64,000 bases of DNA. Origin: Lama glama. Its lineage: Eukaryota. Position numbers and translations under genes: made by a program. Below the pieces are notes generated by a model. That model was given only the letters and a program-made list of their open reading frames with translations. It was not told the DNA's origin and did no database searches. The DNA lies in NCBI GenBank assembly GCA_028534125.1, contig CM052817.1, positions 53,198,001 to 53,262,000 of the forward strand, written 5' to 3'. Below are positions 12,002-25,055 of this stretch, in pieces (the stretch's first letter is position 1; every line of letters begins with the position of its first letter).

Positions 12002-13214
12002 AAGAATATGACTCCTTTTAAAATTATTAAAAATTATACTTTTACTCTATGATGTATAATAGAAAGTATACATTTCTGGCTCTTACACAAATAACACAGA
12101 ATGAAGAATGATTTAAAGGTCTGTGGTATCATAAAACATCTAGTGTTTGTATTTCAGTATTTGACAGTAATCCTTGACTCGGTGCAAAGGATAATTATGA
12201 CTTGCATAATTTTACCTCCTTTAAATTTTGGCATTTTTGAGGTAATGATTATCAGGGAATGCTTTAACATTTAATATGCCACTAAATGCTAGTAGTCTGG
12301 AATATATCCAACATTTGTCAGAAATGATATTTATTTAAGCTGCAATCCTACAGAAGAGAGAATTACACTATTTCCAGACAAATTCCTTGTCATTACTATG
12401 ACTCCCTAGTACCGCCCTCACTCACATGTGTGAACTGGAGCATGCTTAATCTCACTCATATTTACTTGATTATGTTATGTCAAATTTTACTTCCAATTCT
12501 CAAAATAATTCTGATTGTAAGCATGAATTTCTGATGACAATAATAATTTCATTCTCTATACTTGACTTTTGAATTGACAATGACAGCCCTTTCTGGTTAT
12601 AAGTGAAGACTAAATGTTTAAATATAATAAAAAGAAAAAGTGTACAGGTATAAGTTATCGTAGACTAATTCTGTCATGTGATATTCTTTTAAGGATGATA
12701 CCTCATTTGCATTTCCCCCTGGTATTTCCTGTAGCCTCTCCATGCTTTCAAGTAGATGGTTGGTTCTCATTGCCCCAAAAGGGGGAGAGGACACAGCCCA
12801 AAGAGGAAAAATGTGAAAGTCCTGCCTGGTGTTTAAGTGCCCAAAACTAGGATCTTGTAGTTGTAAGGTATGGGTGAAAGAATTGTGATTTGAAATTTAA
12901 ACAAATTGTTTCAGAGAAAGAATAATATGATTTTTCTATGTTGGAGAGATATGTAAACTAAAGAGTGGGGCCAATTTTACTGGCCTAAGAATAAGATAGT
13001 GTGCCTTATTTCCTAGTCACAGTTCCAGGAAGTCTCCAAAGATCAGATGTATATATGGAGACAGGGTATAGCTAAACAAACAAGGTCACAGAGCCCTCTT
13101 TAAAATTCCTGTTCTCTATAATAACAAGGAAAAAACAAAGATACCTGCTGGATGTCTTTGTCTTCTATAACATAAAAGGCATTTGCCACCTGTATACAGA
13201 ATGTTGAGAAATTG

Positions 13215-13648
13215 TATTATTTACTCACAGTTATTTCTTTTCCTTCTGCCCTTACTTTGATTTACTGCAAGCAACAGTGAACCTATGTTACCTTGTCCCA
13301 GTTTACTTTGGACTTCAGGCATAGATTTGATTTGACACATGGAATGTGAGCAGAGTGGAGCTGTTTAGTTCTAAACGGAGGCTATAAGAGGCATCATGTA
13401 TTTGTCCTTGTGTCCCTTGTACTGTGCCATCAGATACAAAAAGAGCACTTTCCAAATAGCTATGACTCCCACACCCTGAGTCCTAGAACAGAAAAGACTT
13501 GATTTGATTTGCAGCCTGGAGCTAGGTCAACCTGAGGCCAGTTAAGCCCACCCAAGGCGAGCCAAGACACAGACTCCGGGGTGGAAATTTTGTTGTGCAT
13601 CACTAAAATACTGGTGGTTTTTAATCACAGCAAAAACTAACCACTACT
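13215..13648 (+). mobile_element. MaLR LTR, MLT1I/H-like
   Basis: TGGAATGTGAGCAGA, GGCTATAAGAGGCATCATGT, GCAGCCTGGAGC; terminus CACAGCAAAAACTAACCACTAC. Confidence 0.7.
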
Positions 13649-13942
13649 AGAAGTGACAGAAGACAGAAGAGATACTGATTATCTTAGTGGGTAATCACAT
13701 GGAAAATAATTTAAGAATTTAACATACACCCACCTCAAACAACAGCAACAACAAAAAACAATCAAGTGACCGGACAGGATACTCTAAAATCTCCTTAGGA
13801 AACTTGCTGTAGCAACACCCAAAATTGAACAAAATTAAGTTTTTCCACCCAACTGACAGATTGGTAAGTGAAAAAAAAGAAAGTAAAATGAAGAGTGAAG
13901 AAATCCTGAAAGTTTGAGTTTTTCAGGTAATAGAGTTTAGAT

Positions 13943-14150
13943 ATATGCTGTCTAATATTGTAGCCACTAGCCACATGTGGCTATTTAGTGAATTTGAATT
14001 AATTAAAGTTAAGACAAAATTAAAAATTCAATTCCCTAATCACTACAGTGTTTCAAGTCTTAATAGCTATATGTGGTTAATAGCTACCCTATCGGAGAAT
14101 ACATATTATAAATCACTCTCATCATCACAGTGTTCTAAGGGACAGTGATG
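13943..14150 (-). mobile_element. MER3 (hAT-Charlie MITE), full length
   Basis: GTAGCCACTAGCCACATGTGGCTATT core, about 208 bp; degenerate 8-bp TSD GTTTAGAT (13935-13942) / GTCTAGAG (14151-14158) fits the Charlie NTCTAGAN target. Confidence 0.9.
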
Positions 14151-14649
14151 GTCTAGAGGTCTCAGTGCTTTATCCTTTACATGGATAATAAATGAGAGAA
14201 AATAATTATTATGTTTCCATTTTGGGCAAACAAAGTTTTGGGATGTTGTATTATTCTTGCAATTTTCACTTTTGCCTCCCTCTCTTTTAATATAAACTTG
14301 GCCCTGTTAGTTGCCTTGGTTGTATAAAAAGGAGTATGTTTGATATGGTTGTGTCCAAGAAAAAGCTTTAAATACAACTGCATGGTTCATCTCCCTACTT
14401 TGACATAAAAATTGGCCTGTCTCAAATGAGAGCCCCTTCTTATTCTGAGCTCCAGGTGAGATGGCAGGTGGAGCAATAAACAGTCTAAGGAGGTCTGCCC
14501 TCCAGATCTGAAGGCAACCTGCAAACCTCGTAAACTGTGGGAAAACAATGATTGCCTCAAATCATTGAAGTTTGGATTATTTGATCTCCTCTAGCAAATC
14601 TTATCACTACTAAAGAGATTCAGAGAACAAGGGAATTTTGGAGTAGAAA

Positions 14650-14860
14650 ATAGAAGTTTAGTATGTTGAGTTTGAGATACCTGTATAATGATTTAGTGAA
14701 GATGCCTGGCAATATGTCCAAGTAGATATGGGGTTCTGGAACTCAGGAGAAAAATTCAGGCAGGTAATACAAGGTTTGGGCATAAACTGCTGAAATGATC
14801 ACTGAAACTTGGGAATATATGCTATTATCCACGTGGAATTCACAGCATAAACAAGAGTTT
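14650..14860 (-). mobile_element. L2 fragment
   Basis: ATGTTGAGTTTGAGATACCTGT...TCTGGAACTCAGGAGA antisense L2 motifs. Confidence 0.7.
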
Positions 14861-14899
14861 TGAAAATGAAACCTCTTTATAGTAGATGCATTTTACCAT

Positions 14900-15481
14900 T
14901 TTATGTACTCTAAATATTTATTTGCCTTTTGCTTGATAAATGGAAATATGGAAATATGCCTCAACCTTCAACCTGGTTTCCATGGGCTTAGCTCTACCTA
15001 AAGCTCCAGGGGTGGCCTTTCTCTAGCTAAACCAATCAGGGTATCTCTTTTCCTTATATACAATGACCACTGCCCCTCATGATCAAAGAGTCATGAGAAA
15101 GTATTTGTGAGGCTCTGGGAAACGGACATGTTTTTCATGTAAATGGGAATAGATTCTCTTCCCCTGGATGGTGTAGTGGGACTGAGTTGTACAACTGCCA
15201 TTGCAACATATGATTCAGGCGTATTTTCTGAGGATGCTGGAGTAAAGGTGCCCAATGTGGAGCCTGAAAAGAAAACTGACACTAAACAGAAAAGAATGAA
15301 GGCACAGAAGAAAAAAATAATCAGGGTGTGCTTGATGATATTATTTGAACTTTCTAAAACTTCACTTAAACAGCCCTACTGCTTGTCTCTACTTATGTGA
15401 CCCAGTACATTCATTCTAATCATTGAGCTAATTTTAACATGAGTTTTTAATATCCTGAAATAGAATTCTAGCTGGTATACA
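14900..15481 (+). mobile_element. Old MaLR LTR, MLT1K-like
   Basis: AGCTCCAGGGGTGG, CTAAACCAATCAG, TTATGTGACCCAGTACATTC; terminus CTAGCTGGTATACA. Confidence 0.65.
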
Positions 15482-15711
15482 TAAAACCCACAAATATTAA
15501 TAAAGTGGCTGAAGGAGAAACATTTAGTTAAGCCTTGAAATGGCATGCCACAGAAAACAGAAAAAACAAAATGTACATCATGAAAGAGTGCCTCAGGTAA
15601 AAGGAGAGACTGATAATTCAGATGCTACTCAAAAATACAGTAAGCAAAAACTGTAACAGTCTCAAAAATTTCACTGCCTTTAGTAACAAAAATGTATTTT
15701 GGAATAAAGCA

Positions 15712-16078
15712 TGCTATAAATGGAATGTTTGTGTCCCCCCGAATTCATATGTTGAAACCCTAATTCCCAATATGATGATATCTGGAGATGGGGCATTTGA
15801 GAAGTGATTGGGTCACAAGGGTGGAGCCTTCGTGATGACATTACTGTCCTGAGACAACAGAGAACTTCCTCTCTCCTTCTCCCTGGCTGTCTCTCCCTTT
15901 TCTCCCACTGTCTCTCTCTTCCCTTCCCTCCCAATCCCTTCATGTGAGGGTATGAGAAGGAAGTAATCTGGAAACTTCACCAAGAATTTGACTTCCAGCC
16001 TCCAAATCTGTGAGAACTAAGTTTGTTGTTGAAGCCACTCAGTTTACATTTTTTATTACAGCAGCTCCAATTAAGGCA
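15712..16078 (+). mobile_element. MaLR solo LTR, MLT1A-like
   Basis: TGCTATAAATGGAATGTTTGTGTCCCCCCGAATTCATATGTTGAAACCCTAA...TTAAGGCA; perfect 5-bp TSD AAGCA (15707-15711 / 16079-16083). Confidence 0.92.
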
Positions 16079-17191
16079 AAGCATAATGCTTCATTCAAAG
16101 GTATTAATAAATTGTATAGTGGAAATAAAATTGAGATTTCCATTCTTTGGGAATGACTGGGAGTTTTTGAAACGAGTGAAAGTAGACAACAGTCACAAAG
16201 AAATTTGGCTGTGTAGGGGGAAAACAGGTAAAGTAACTGGTGGAATAGCAAATGAATTTGAGGCAAGCTTTTTATGTTTAAGCTTTTTAAATTTGTACTT
16301 TTTAAGTTTTCATACATATGATCACTTTTAAATAGATGGTAACATGTCAACACAGAGGACTGCACAAACTGAAAATGTACGAGAGAGTTGGGATAAAGAA
16401 AATGGATCACTGTCACTAAGAAAGTGGGAAAGAGAGGAAGCAAAGTCTTATATTAAGATACAGCTTTATTCTAAATGTGGCATCAGGAGCTTAAAACTTT
16501 TTTATTTGATTATTTCTGTTTTCCTCTTTGAAGTACCGGAACAACACTTCTACCAAGAATAAGTGAAGAGGTTGTTGACTACATGCTTGAAAAGAGTGAT
16601 AACAGTTTGCAATAGTTTTGTAGAGAAGAGAGGAAAGTATGAAAATGGAACAATTAGGAGAAAGCACTGAGGGTTTGTTTAATATGTGGAAAGAAGAATC
16701 TGTATTGTGTTGTATGGCACTGGATATATAGTCCATTTGGATGTGGTAGTCAAGGAGAATAATGGCTGAATGTGGAGTGTAGAGGACTCATTTATGCTAG
16801 GTACGACACTCTTCAGTAAATGAGAGGGAGTTATAACATACGTGGTAAAATAACAGTGACTAAAATTGAGTAGTTGGGGAACAGGCACAGCCAGATGGCA
16901 TAACACTCAAAGGAACAGATGCTTTTAACATGAGGGTGGAACAGTAATGAGCCTGAAACTATATTCAGGAGTGAATTGGCTATAATCCGTTTCCTAGCAC
17001 TGATGTAGGTGAGATACACGATAATGAAGAAGCTGTAATAGGAGTTACACTCTTAGCAAATAGCTAGATTTCAGTCAGTGCAATGAGAGGCAAAGAATAC
17101 AGAAAACTTCAGGTTGTGGGAGAATTTTACAGCTGAGAATGTGAGTTCCAGAAGGCAGAATGACACATTTTGGTAAAGAGAGCAATAATGG

Positions 17192-17399
17192 AATAGATAA
17201 ACAAGATCCTACTGTATAGCATAAGGAACTAGATTCAATACCTTGGAATGGTCTATAGTAAAAAAGAAGATTAAAAGGAATGTATATATATCTGAATCAT
17301 TCTGCTGTACACCAGAAATTGCAACATTTTAAACTGACTATACTTTGATTAAAAAAATCCACATCCCCACATCAAAAAATAATGACAATAATAAATAAA
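17192..17399 (+). mobile_element. Short 5'-truncated lineage-specific L1 3' end
   Basis: CCTACTGTATAGCATAAGGAACTAGATTCAATACC...GCTGTACACCAGAAATTG; TSD AGAGCAATAATGG (17179-17191) / AGAGCAACAATGG (17400-17412). Confidence 0.88.
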
Positions 17400-20242
17400 A
17401 GAGCAACAATGGGAAAAAATAGTTGATATACAGGCAGCAAAGCAATGATGAACCTTGTGAAAATCCTATAATTTAAAAAATCACGCAGAACTGTACAGTT
17501 GAAAAGTTAATTTTAGACAAGTGAATTACATCACCCTAAAAAATAGTTATTATTAAAAGGATGGAGATGAGTGAGTACTTTCACGGCTGATGAAATGTTA
17601 GGAGAGAAATGTTAGAATTATTTGGACCGAATTTTTCCAAAGGAAATTAGTTCCATCCATACCCAAGAGAAGGAGGTAACTCAGGCTTCTTCCTATAAAG
17701 AACCAGCAGCAAATGGTCAAAAGCCATGTATAGACGAATTTGACAAGGGAGACAGTGTTCACTCTTATCTGTAGGGCTGGCTCAGCTGGCTTGTAGAGAA
17801 ATCTGACAAGTACCCGTGCACATCATCGTGGGGCACAGAATAAACAATTCTCAACAGGGTGAGGAGGAAGAAAGAATCAAAGACACACACAAAAATTAAG
17901 TAACAAAAAAAATTATTGACATAGCACTATTATCTCCCCAAGAGTAGGTGAGCTCCTGCTCTCCAAAACCAGAGCAACAGATATTGTACATCCTATGAAA
18001 AACATAAATCTCTAACATTTTTTCTTTGTATCTCTTATAGATTTTTTTTTACTGTCCCACTGGAGTCCATTCTCTATAGATAGGATTCAAGCCTGAAAAA
18101 AAGATACATCAAATAAAAAATAAAGAAGAACAGGGATTGTGATGCTCTTGATTATATATCATCTATTATCAGCAGAAGAAAAAGCCTGTTCTGTTCCGAG
18201 CTGAGTGTTGAATTTTGAGTAGCAGAGAAAAACAGAAAATGAAGGCAGTCCTCACTGACAAGTGTTCTACAGAAATAAATCTGAGATGCTACAATCTGGC
18301 AATTACATTGATATAATAGACAACAAAGCCCCTTGTAACAAACCCCAGGGGCCTCAAGAGGAGGGAGAAACTCTATGTTATCACCAAGAAAATCACTTCA
18401 TGTGAAATTCATTCAGTCCTATGGGCTGTTTTGTTGAGATTCTGCTGTCATTTTAATATAGCTAGGTTTTTTAGAGTTGTTTTAAAGGTATTGTATTTAT
18501 AACACAAACAAAAAAGGAAAAGATTAAACAAGATAATTTAATAAGAATAAAGTAATGATTGATGACAGGCATATCAGGTTCTGAGAAGATGCTGAAAAAA
18601 CTGATTTTAAGCAAGAATAATCTGTATTACAGTTTCTGGACATGCTTTTCTGGACAACTGGACAGGAAAGAAAGATAGTAGAGTTTAAGAGAAGAAGGAA
18701 AAATACATTTCCTGGAGAAAAAATTAAGCAGTCTGATTATGTCATTTATATATAAGACTTACCAGTTCAAAAATATTAAATCATGTAAATTAATAATTAA
18801 TTCATAATTAAAAGTCTCTGTCATTCTTACAATGTGAGCAATGTAAAAAAGCCATCAACTTTCTATAACCCATTGTTTAATGCCAACAGAATTATAGTCC
18901 ATGTCTTGGGCATTGATCAAAAGACTCTCAACTTTGATTTTCTTGTTGTGTAGAGTTAAATTATTCAGAATCTCTGTTTTGATCTCAAAGCAAGGTCTCT
19001 ACCATTCATTGAAAAATTTCAAGATTCCTCTCTAGTATTTTTTGTTTATTCTTATCTATCTCTGGGTGTGCCTTGGTTAGAACAGAAAAAAAAATTCAGA
19101 ACTTCTTGTGCCTAGTGCCTTAGTACTTAAATGATAACACACAAGGCATATTTCAGAGATGCCTTGTAAAATCTGAGAGCCTTTTAGTATTTTTCTAATT
19201 TTTCAGTTATAAAACTTTAAAATGATGTTAAGTATAGAGGCCTGTCTTTCCATTTTTGGGACAGAATGTAGTAACAATCAGATTTTTTGAGCAATAGGAT
19301 TACAGGACAATGGTGTGAACATTTAGTAGAAATGAGGTAGCACTCTACAAACAGAACTATTGATATAAAGTGAGAATAAGAAATGTTGAAGAAAGGTATT
19401 CTAGTTTTTTATTTACAAAACTGCCACTGTTGGAAGTCTTTGGAAATAGTTAATAATCTGAAATTATTAATTAAAAACAAAGGAAAAAAAACCCCTGAAG
19501 TATATCACTTCCAGGTGACCAAACAATAAGGCAGAAGGAGATTCAGATCTGGTTAAACAAAAAGAAATGGAATAATGCTGGTAGGTAAAATCACAGGTAA
19601 CTCAGAACTCAAAGTTAATTTGAAACTGATCACCAGTGAGATCCAGAGGAATAAATTTTGGAATAAATTCTGGGTAAAGTCTGGCTGGGAAGCTGGGGTA
19701 GAAAAAGTTTTCAAGCTAAACTTATTGCAATCTAGTTAATCCCTGACCATCTTCCATCCTGTCACCACCCCAAAAAACTGAGGAAGAGATACAAACTCAG
19801 TCTTGGTTACTTTGAGGAAGGGGAGATAGAGAATGAGCTAGTAATGGAGTAATTAATGGAAGGGAAAATTCAACTTAACAAAAGGGCTAAATATTCATCT
19901 ACCCATAGAAAACAGGCAGGTAATTTGAATTCACTGACTCAAGTATAAGACAACAGAGAGTCAAGGGCACTGTGAGAAAGAATATATACAAGTCCTCAGT
20001 AATAGCATTGACATTCGAAGAAAAATGACTCTGATGCCAAAACAGGCAAAGAAATGAAAAGCAACGACAAAATACATGCCCACAGCCAGACAAAGTCCTT
20101 GTGCCACCAATTTATCCTACGTTAAAAACAGACTAAATCATAGATTAGATCAGGAACTAGCTTTGTAAATTAATTAATGGAAGAAATAAATTTTATATAA
20201 GCATATAACAATAAAAGGAGGGAGAGTAAAAACAGAGAATCA

Positions 20243-20917
20243 ATTTCTTGCCATATAGTTGTTCACAGTATTCTCTTACAATTTTTTATATTTCTATGGT
20301 GTTGGTTGTAATTTCTCCATTGTCATTTCTTATTTTGTTTATTTGTGTCCTCTCTCTTTTCTTCTTGGTGAGCCTGGCCAGAGGTTGTCAATTTTATTTA
20401 CTCTTTCAAAAAACCAGATTTTGGTATATTTACACAATGGAACACTACTCAGTCATAAAAAATAATAAAATAATGCCATCTGCAGCAACATGGATGGACC
20501 TAGAGATTGTCATTCTAAGTAAGCCAGAAAGAGAAAGAAAATACCATATGATATATTTATGGTATTACTTAATATCATAAGACAAACAAACCTATTTATA
20601 AAACAGAAACAGACTCACAGATACAGAAAACAAACTTATGGTTACCAGGGGAAAAAGGGGTGGGAAGGGATAAAATGGGAGTTAAAGATTTGCAGATACT
20701 AACTAATATGTATATATAATAGATAAACAGCAAGTTCATACTGTATAGCACAGGGAACTATATTCAATACCTTATAGTAACTTACAGTGAAAAAGAATAT
20801 GAAAAGAAATATATGTATGTTCATGTCTAACTGAAGCATTATGCTGTACACCAGAAATTGACACAACATTGTAAACTGACTATACTTCAATAAATATATA
20901 TATACAAATAGTTTAAA
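20243..20917 (+). mobile_element. Lineage-specific L1 with inverted 5' segment (20243 to about 20425 antisense ORF2; about 20422-20917 sense 3' end)
   Basis: Antisense part encodes WFFERVNKID..LARLTKKKRERTQINKIRN; sense part starts WYIYTMEHYS and runs to the tail; TSD AAAAACAGAGAATCA (20228-20242) / AAAATCTGAGAATCA (20918-20932). Confidence 0.9.
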
Positions 20918-21221
20918 AAAATCTGAGAATCAGAGAGGTAAACATTGGTAACATCCAACCAATCACTGACTTTTAGAGAGATTTCTCAGACATATTAGCA
21001 TTAAAACCATTTTTTTTAGAATGCTTAACTCAGAATACCAGAAAATAAAGTTATTTTATATCCAAATCGTATCATCTCCCTGAAGAAAAATAACTGAACT
21101 TTTTATATTTACTTTCTAACAGGAAAAAGTCTGATAATAGGCAATGTGAAAGCCTGAGTTATTTTTCACTGTATAGCAAAAGGTGATGTTTTCACACATA
21201 AGTTTTACAAAAAATTAAAAA

Positions 21222-23428
21222 TTCTCCAGAATTGACCACATGCTGGCCCACAAAGCTAGCCTCTGTAAATTTAAGAAAATTTTCAGGCCATCATAACCCT
21301 GATATCAAAACCAGACACAGATACCACACACATCAAAAAAAAATTACAGGGCAATATCACTTATGAATATAGATGCAAAAATCCTCAACAAAATACTAGC
21401 AAATTGACTCCAACAATGCATTAAGAGGATCACACATCATGATCAAGTGGGGTTTATCCCAGGGATGCAGGGATTTTTCAATAACCACAAATCTATCAAC
21501 ATGATGCACCACATTAACAAACTGAAGAATAAAAACCATATGATTACCTCAATAGATGTAGAAAAAACTTTTGATAAAATTCAACATCCATTTATGACAA
21601 AAACTCTACAGAAAGTGGGCATAGACCAAACATACTTCACATAATAAAAACCATATATGACAAACCCACAGCTAACATCATACCCAATGGGGAAAAGCTG
21701 AAAGCATTTCCTCTAAGATCAGGAACAAGACAAGGATACCCAGTTTTGCCACTTTCATTCAACATAATTTTGGAAGTCCTAGCTATGGAAATCAGAGAAG
21801 AAAGAGAAACAAAAGGAATCCAAATCAGAAACAAAGAAGTAAAACTGTCACTGTTTGTAGATGACATGATACCACACATAGAAAACCCTAAAGAAGCGAC
21901 CAGAAAACTACTAGAACTCATCAATAAATATGGTAAAGCTGTAGAATACAAAATTAATATACAGAAATCAGTTCCATTTGTATATACTAACAATAAAATA
22001 GGAAAAGAAATTAAAGAAAGAATACCATTTACCATTGCATCAAAAAGAATAAAATACCTAGGAATAAACCTACCCAAGAAGGTAAAAGACCTGTACTCCA
22101 AAAGCTATACGATACTGATGAAAGAAATTGAAGATGACATAAACAAATGGAAAGATATACTGTGTTCTTGGATTGGAAGAATCAGTATCGTTAAAATGGC
22201 CATACTACCCAAGGCAATATACAGATTCAATGCAATCCCTATCAAATTACCAATGACATTTTTCACAGAGCTGGAACAAAAAAATGTAAAATTTGTATGG
22301 AAACACAAAAGACCCTGAATAGTCAAAACAATCTTGAAAAAGAAGAATGGAGCTGGGGGACTCATGCTCCCTGACTTCAGACTATACTGAAAAGCTACAT
22401 TAATCAAAACAGTATGGTGCTTGCACAAAAGCAGACACATAGATCAATGGAACAGAATAAAAATCCAGAATTAAATCCACACACTTATGGCCAATTAACC
22501 TATGACAAATGAGGCAAGACTATACAATGGAGAAAAACCAGTCTCTTCAATAAGTGGTGCTGGAAAAACTGGACAGCTACCTGTAGAAGACTGACATCAG
22601 AACATTCTCTAACAACATATACAAAAATAAATTCAAAATGGATTAAAGACTTAAATTTAAGACCAGATACTACAAAAATCCTAGAGGAAAACAAAGGCAG
22701 AATACTCTTGGATATAAATAACAGCAATATATTTTTTGAATCAATTCCTGGAGTAATGGAAATAAAAGCAAAAATAAATGAGATCTAATTAAACTTAAAA
22801 GCTTTTGCACAGCTAAGGACACCATCAACAAAAAGAAAACACAACCTACAGAATGGGAGAAAATATTTGCAAATGATGTGACCAACAAGGGACTAATTTC
22901 CAAAATATACAAACAGCTCATACACCTTAATATCAAAAAGAACAACAACAACAACAAAAAACTGCAACTCAATCAAAAAATGGGCAGAAGACCTAAATAG
23001 ACATCTCCCCACAGAATACAGACGGATGGCCAACAAGCACATGAAAAGATGCTCAACATCACTAATTGTCAGAGAAATGCAAGTCAAATCTACAATGAGA
23101 TACCACCTCACACTAGCCAGAATGGCCTCATTGAAAAGTTTACAAATGGTAAATGCTGGAGAAGGTGTGGAGAAAAAGAACACCACCCTCCTACACTGTT
23201 GGTGGGAATGTTAATTAGTGCAGCTATATGGAGGACAGTATGGAGGTTCCTTAAAAAACTAAAAATAGACGGAATATGATCCAGCAATCCTACTCCTGGG
23301 CATATACCTTGAGGAAAATATAATTCAAAAAGATACATGCATATTAATGTTCATAGCAGCACTATGTACAACATCAAGACATAGAAACAACCCAAATGTC
23401 CATCAACAGATGACTGGATAAAGATGTG

Positions 23429-23481
<53 letters not shown>

Positions 23482-23655
23482 GGAATACTACTCAGCCATT
23501 AAAAAGAACAAAATACTGCCATCTATAGCAACGTGGATGGACCTGGAGACTGTTATTCTAAGTGAGGTAAGCCAGAAAGAGAAAGAAAAATGCCATATGA
23601 TATATGATGCCACTTGTATGTGGAATCAAAAAAAAAAAGGACACAAATGAACTAC
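21222..23655 (+). mobile_element. Lineage-specific L1 ORF2 remnant (RT and C-terminal CCHC region), disrupted and 3'-truncated
   Basis: ORFs 21447-21644 ([11 protein letters not shown]), 21746-22318 ([31 protein letters not shown]) and 23026-23279 (CWRRCGEKE, LLHCWWEC); frameshifts and stops throughout. Confidence 0.97.
23436..23479. repeat. (CA)n microsatellite in L1
   Basis: Direct reading. Confidence 0.95.
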
Positions 23656-24805
23656 TTATTATTTATAACTTAGATGAGATACACAATAGTCTAAATAATA
23701 AATGGACAAAGATACACATACATAATTCAGTAAGAAAGAAATTCAAATGATTGAGAAATATGCACAAATTCAAAACCATTTTCAAAGATGACACCTTCCT
23801 TCAGAGTAAACTCGTATAAAGTTGTTTAAAATCATAGAAATCTACACAGGAAAAGCCGGCTTACAGAAGTCTGGGGAAAAAAGTATTATTTTACCCTCCA
23901 GGTGGAAGAATAAGTTGGCAGAGTTTTGACTGATAGAATTGCTCACTGAGAAGCATGCTAATAACTTTTAACTAAATGATTCTTTACAGTCTCATTTAGT
24001 ATACATTAATTGGAAATAACAGAAATAATATGCACAGGGGAAGGAAAATCTTTATAAGCATAACCCTAAAAAAGGATGTTTTATGGCTATGAATATCAGA
24101 AAACATATTGAGTAATGTAGTTTCTTATATAAAACTAAATGGAAAAGAATACATAATTTCATATATATTATGATTGTAATATATTTAAAATACACTGAAA
24201 AGTAAATTAGTAAAATTATCCCCAAACTTTACATCTGGATAAACAGGTTATAGGTGATCTTTTCTGTTCTGTAATTATTCTGACACTGACAGGCATTATT
24301 TTAAAAATAAGAGAACAAGAAACAAAACAGTTGGAGAAGCAGAATACAGAAATTATTTCTAAAACCTGATTTTCTTCCAGCTTTGCAAATCAACAAACTC
24401 CTAAATTTCAAGCACACATTTTAAGAAGCATTGCATAGTGTTATCTCCTGTTACCTACAGTGTCTAACCTCAAAATTCTGTTCAAGAACAAGGACATTCT
24501 TAGAGTATCTACAGCTGACAGAACATAATAGTTCCCTGTTGCTGCTGTGTCTAACTTTTTCAGATGCACCCTCCCTGTTCCATATGGTTTTCCAGTACTG
24601 CCTTGTCTCTCCTTCACTGAGATCACTCTGTTCTTCTAGCATAGCTGTCTGGGTCACGTATTAGTGGTATGAATTATTCAGCCTGTGCGAGGTCTCTTAC
24701 TTCTCTACCAGGCTTAGAAGTTCTTCGGTCCACCAAATAGAGCTAGATCCCAACATAAATGACCCAAAATCATGTACTCTGTGATATACTGAGGTTTATT
24801 TTCCA

Positions 24806-24880
24806 CCTTTACTGAGAAATAATTGGCATACAACATTGTGCAAGTTTAAAGTGTACAATGTTTATACTGCTATAATTAAC
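24806..24880 (-). mobile_element. Short old L1 extreme 3' end (L1MA-like)
   Basis: CTTTACTGAGAAATAATTGGCATACAACATTGTGCAAGTTTAAAGTGTACAATG. Confidence 0.7.
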
Positions 24881-25055
24881 AGTTGTATCAGATTGGACCA
24901 GTAAGTTTACACATATGAAGAGACCTTCCCTTTCAGATATTTCATTATAGGAGAGGAGTCATTTTGATTTTTTTCTGACAAAATGTTTTTTTCTAAAGCT
25001 TTATCTTCTTATATTTTGTAGCCAGCATTTAATTGTTCCTACAATAATTAACCAA

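Noticed and set aside
16039..16443. 134-aa minus-strand ORF and overlapping ORFs
   Set aside because: No domain features; the region is purine-skewed like decayed antisense L2, and there is no splice or codon support.
20248..20580. 110-aa ORF reading through the L1 inversion junction
   Set aside because: It is antisense L1 fused to the ORF2 C-terminus, has a non-ATG start and shows no evidence of expression.
21637..23338. Several minus-strand ORFs of 75-154 aa
   Set aside because: Antisense frames of L1 ORF2, a well-known artefact.
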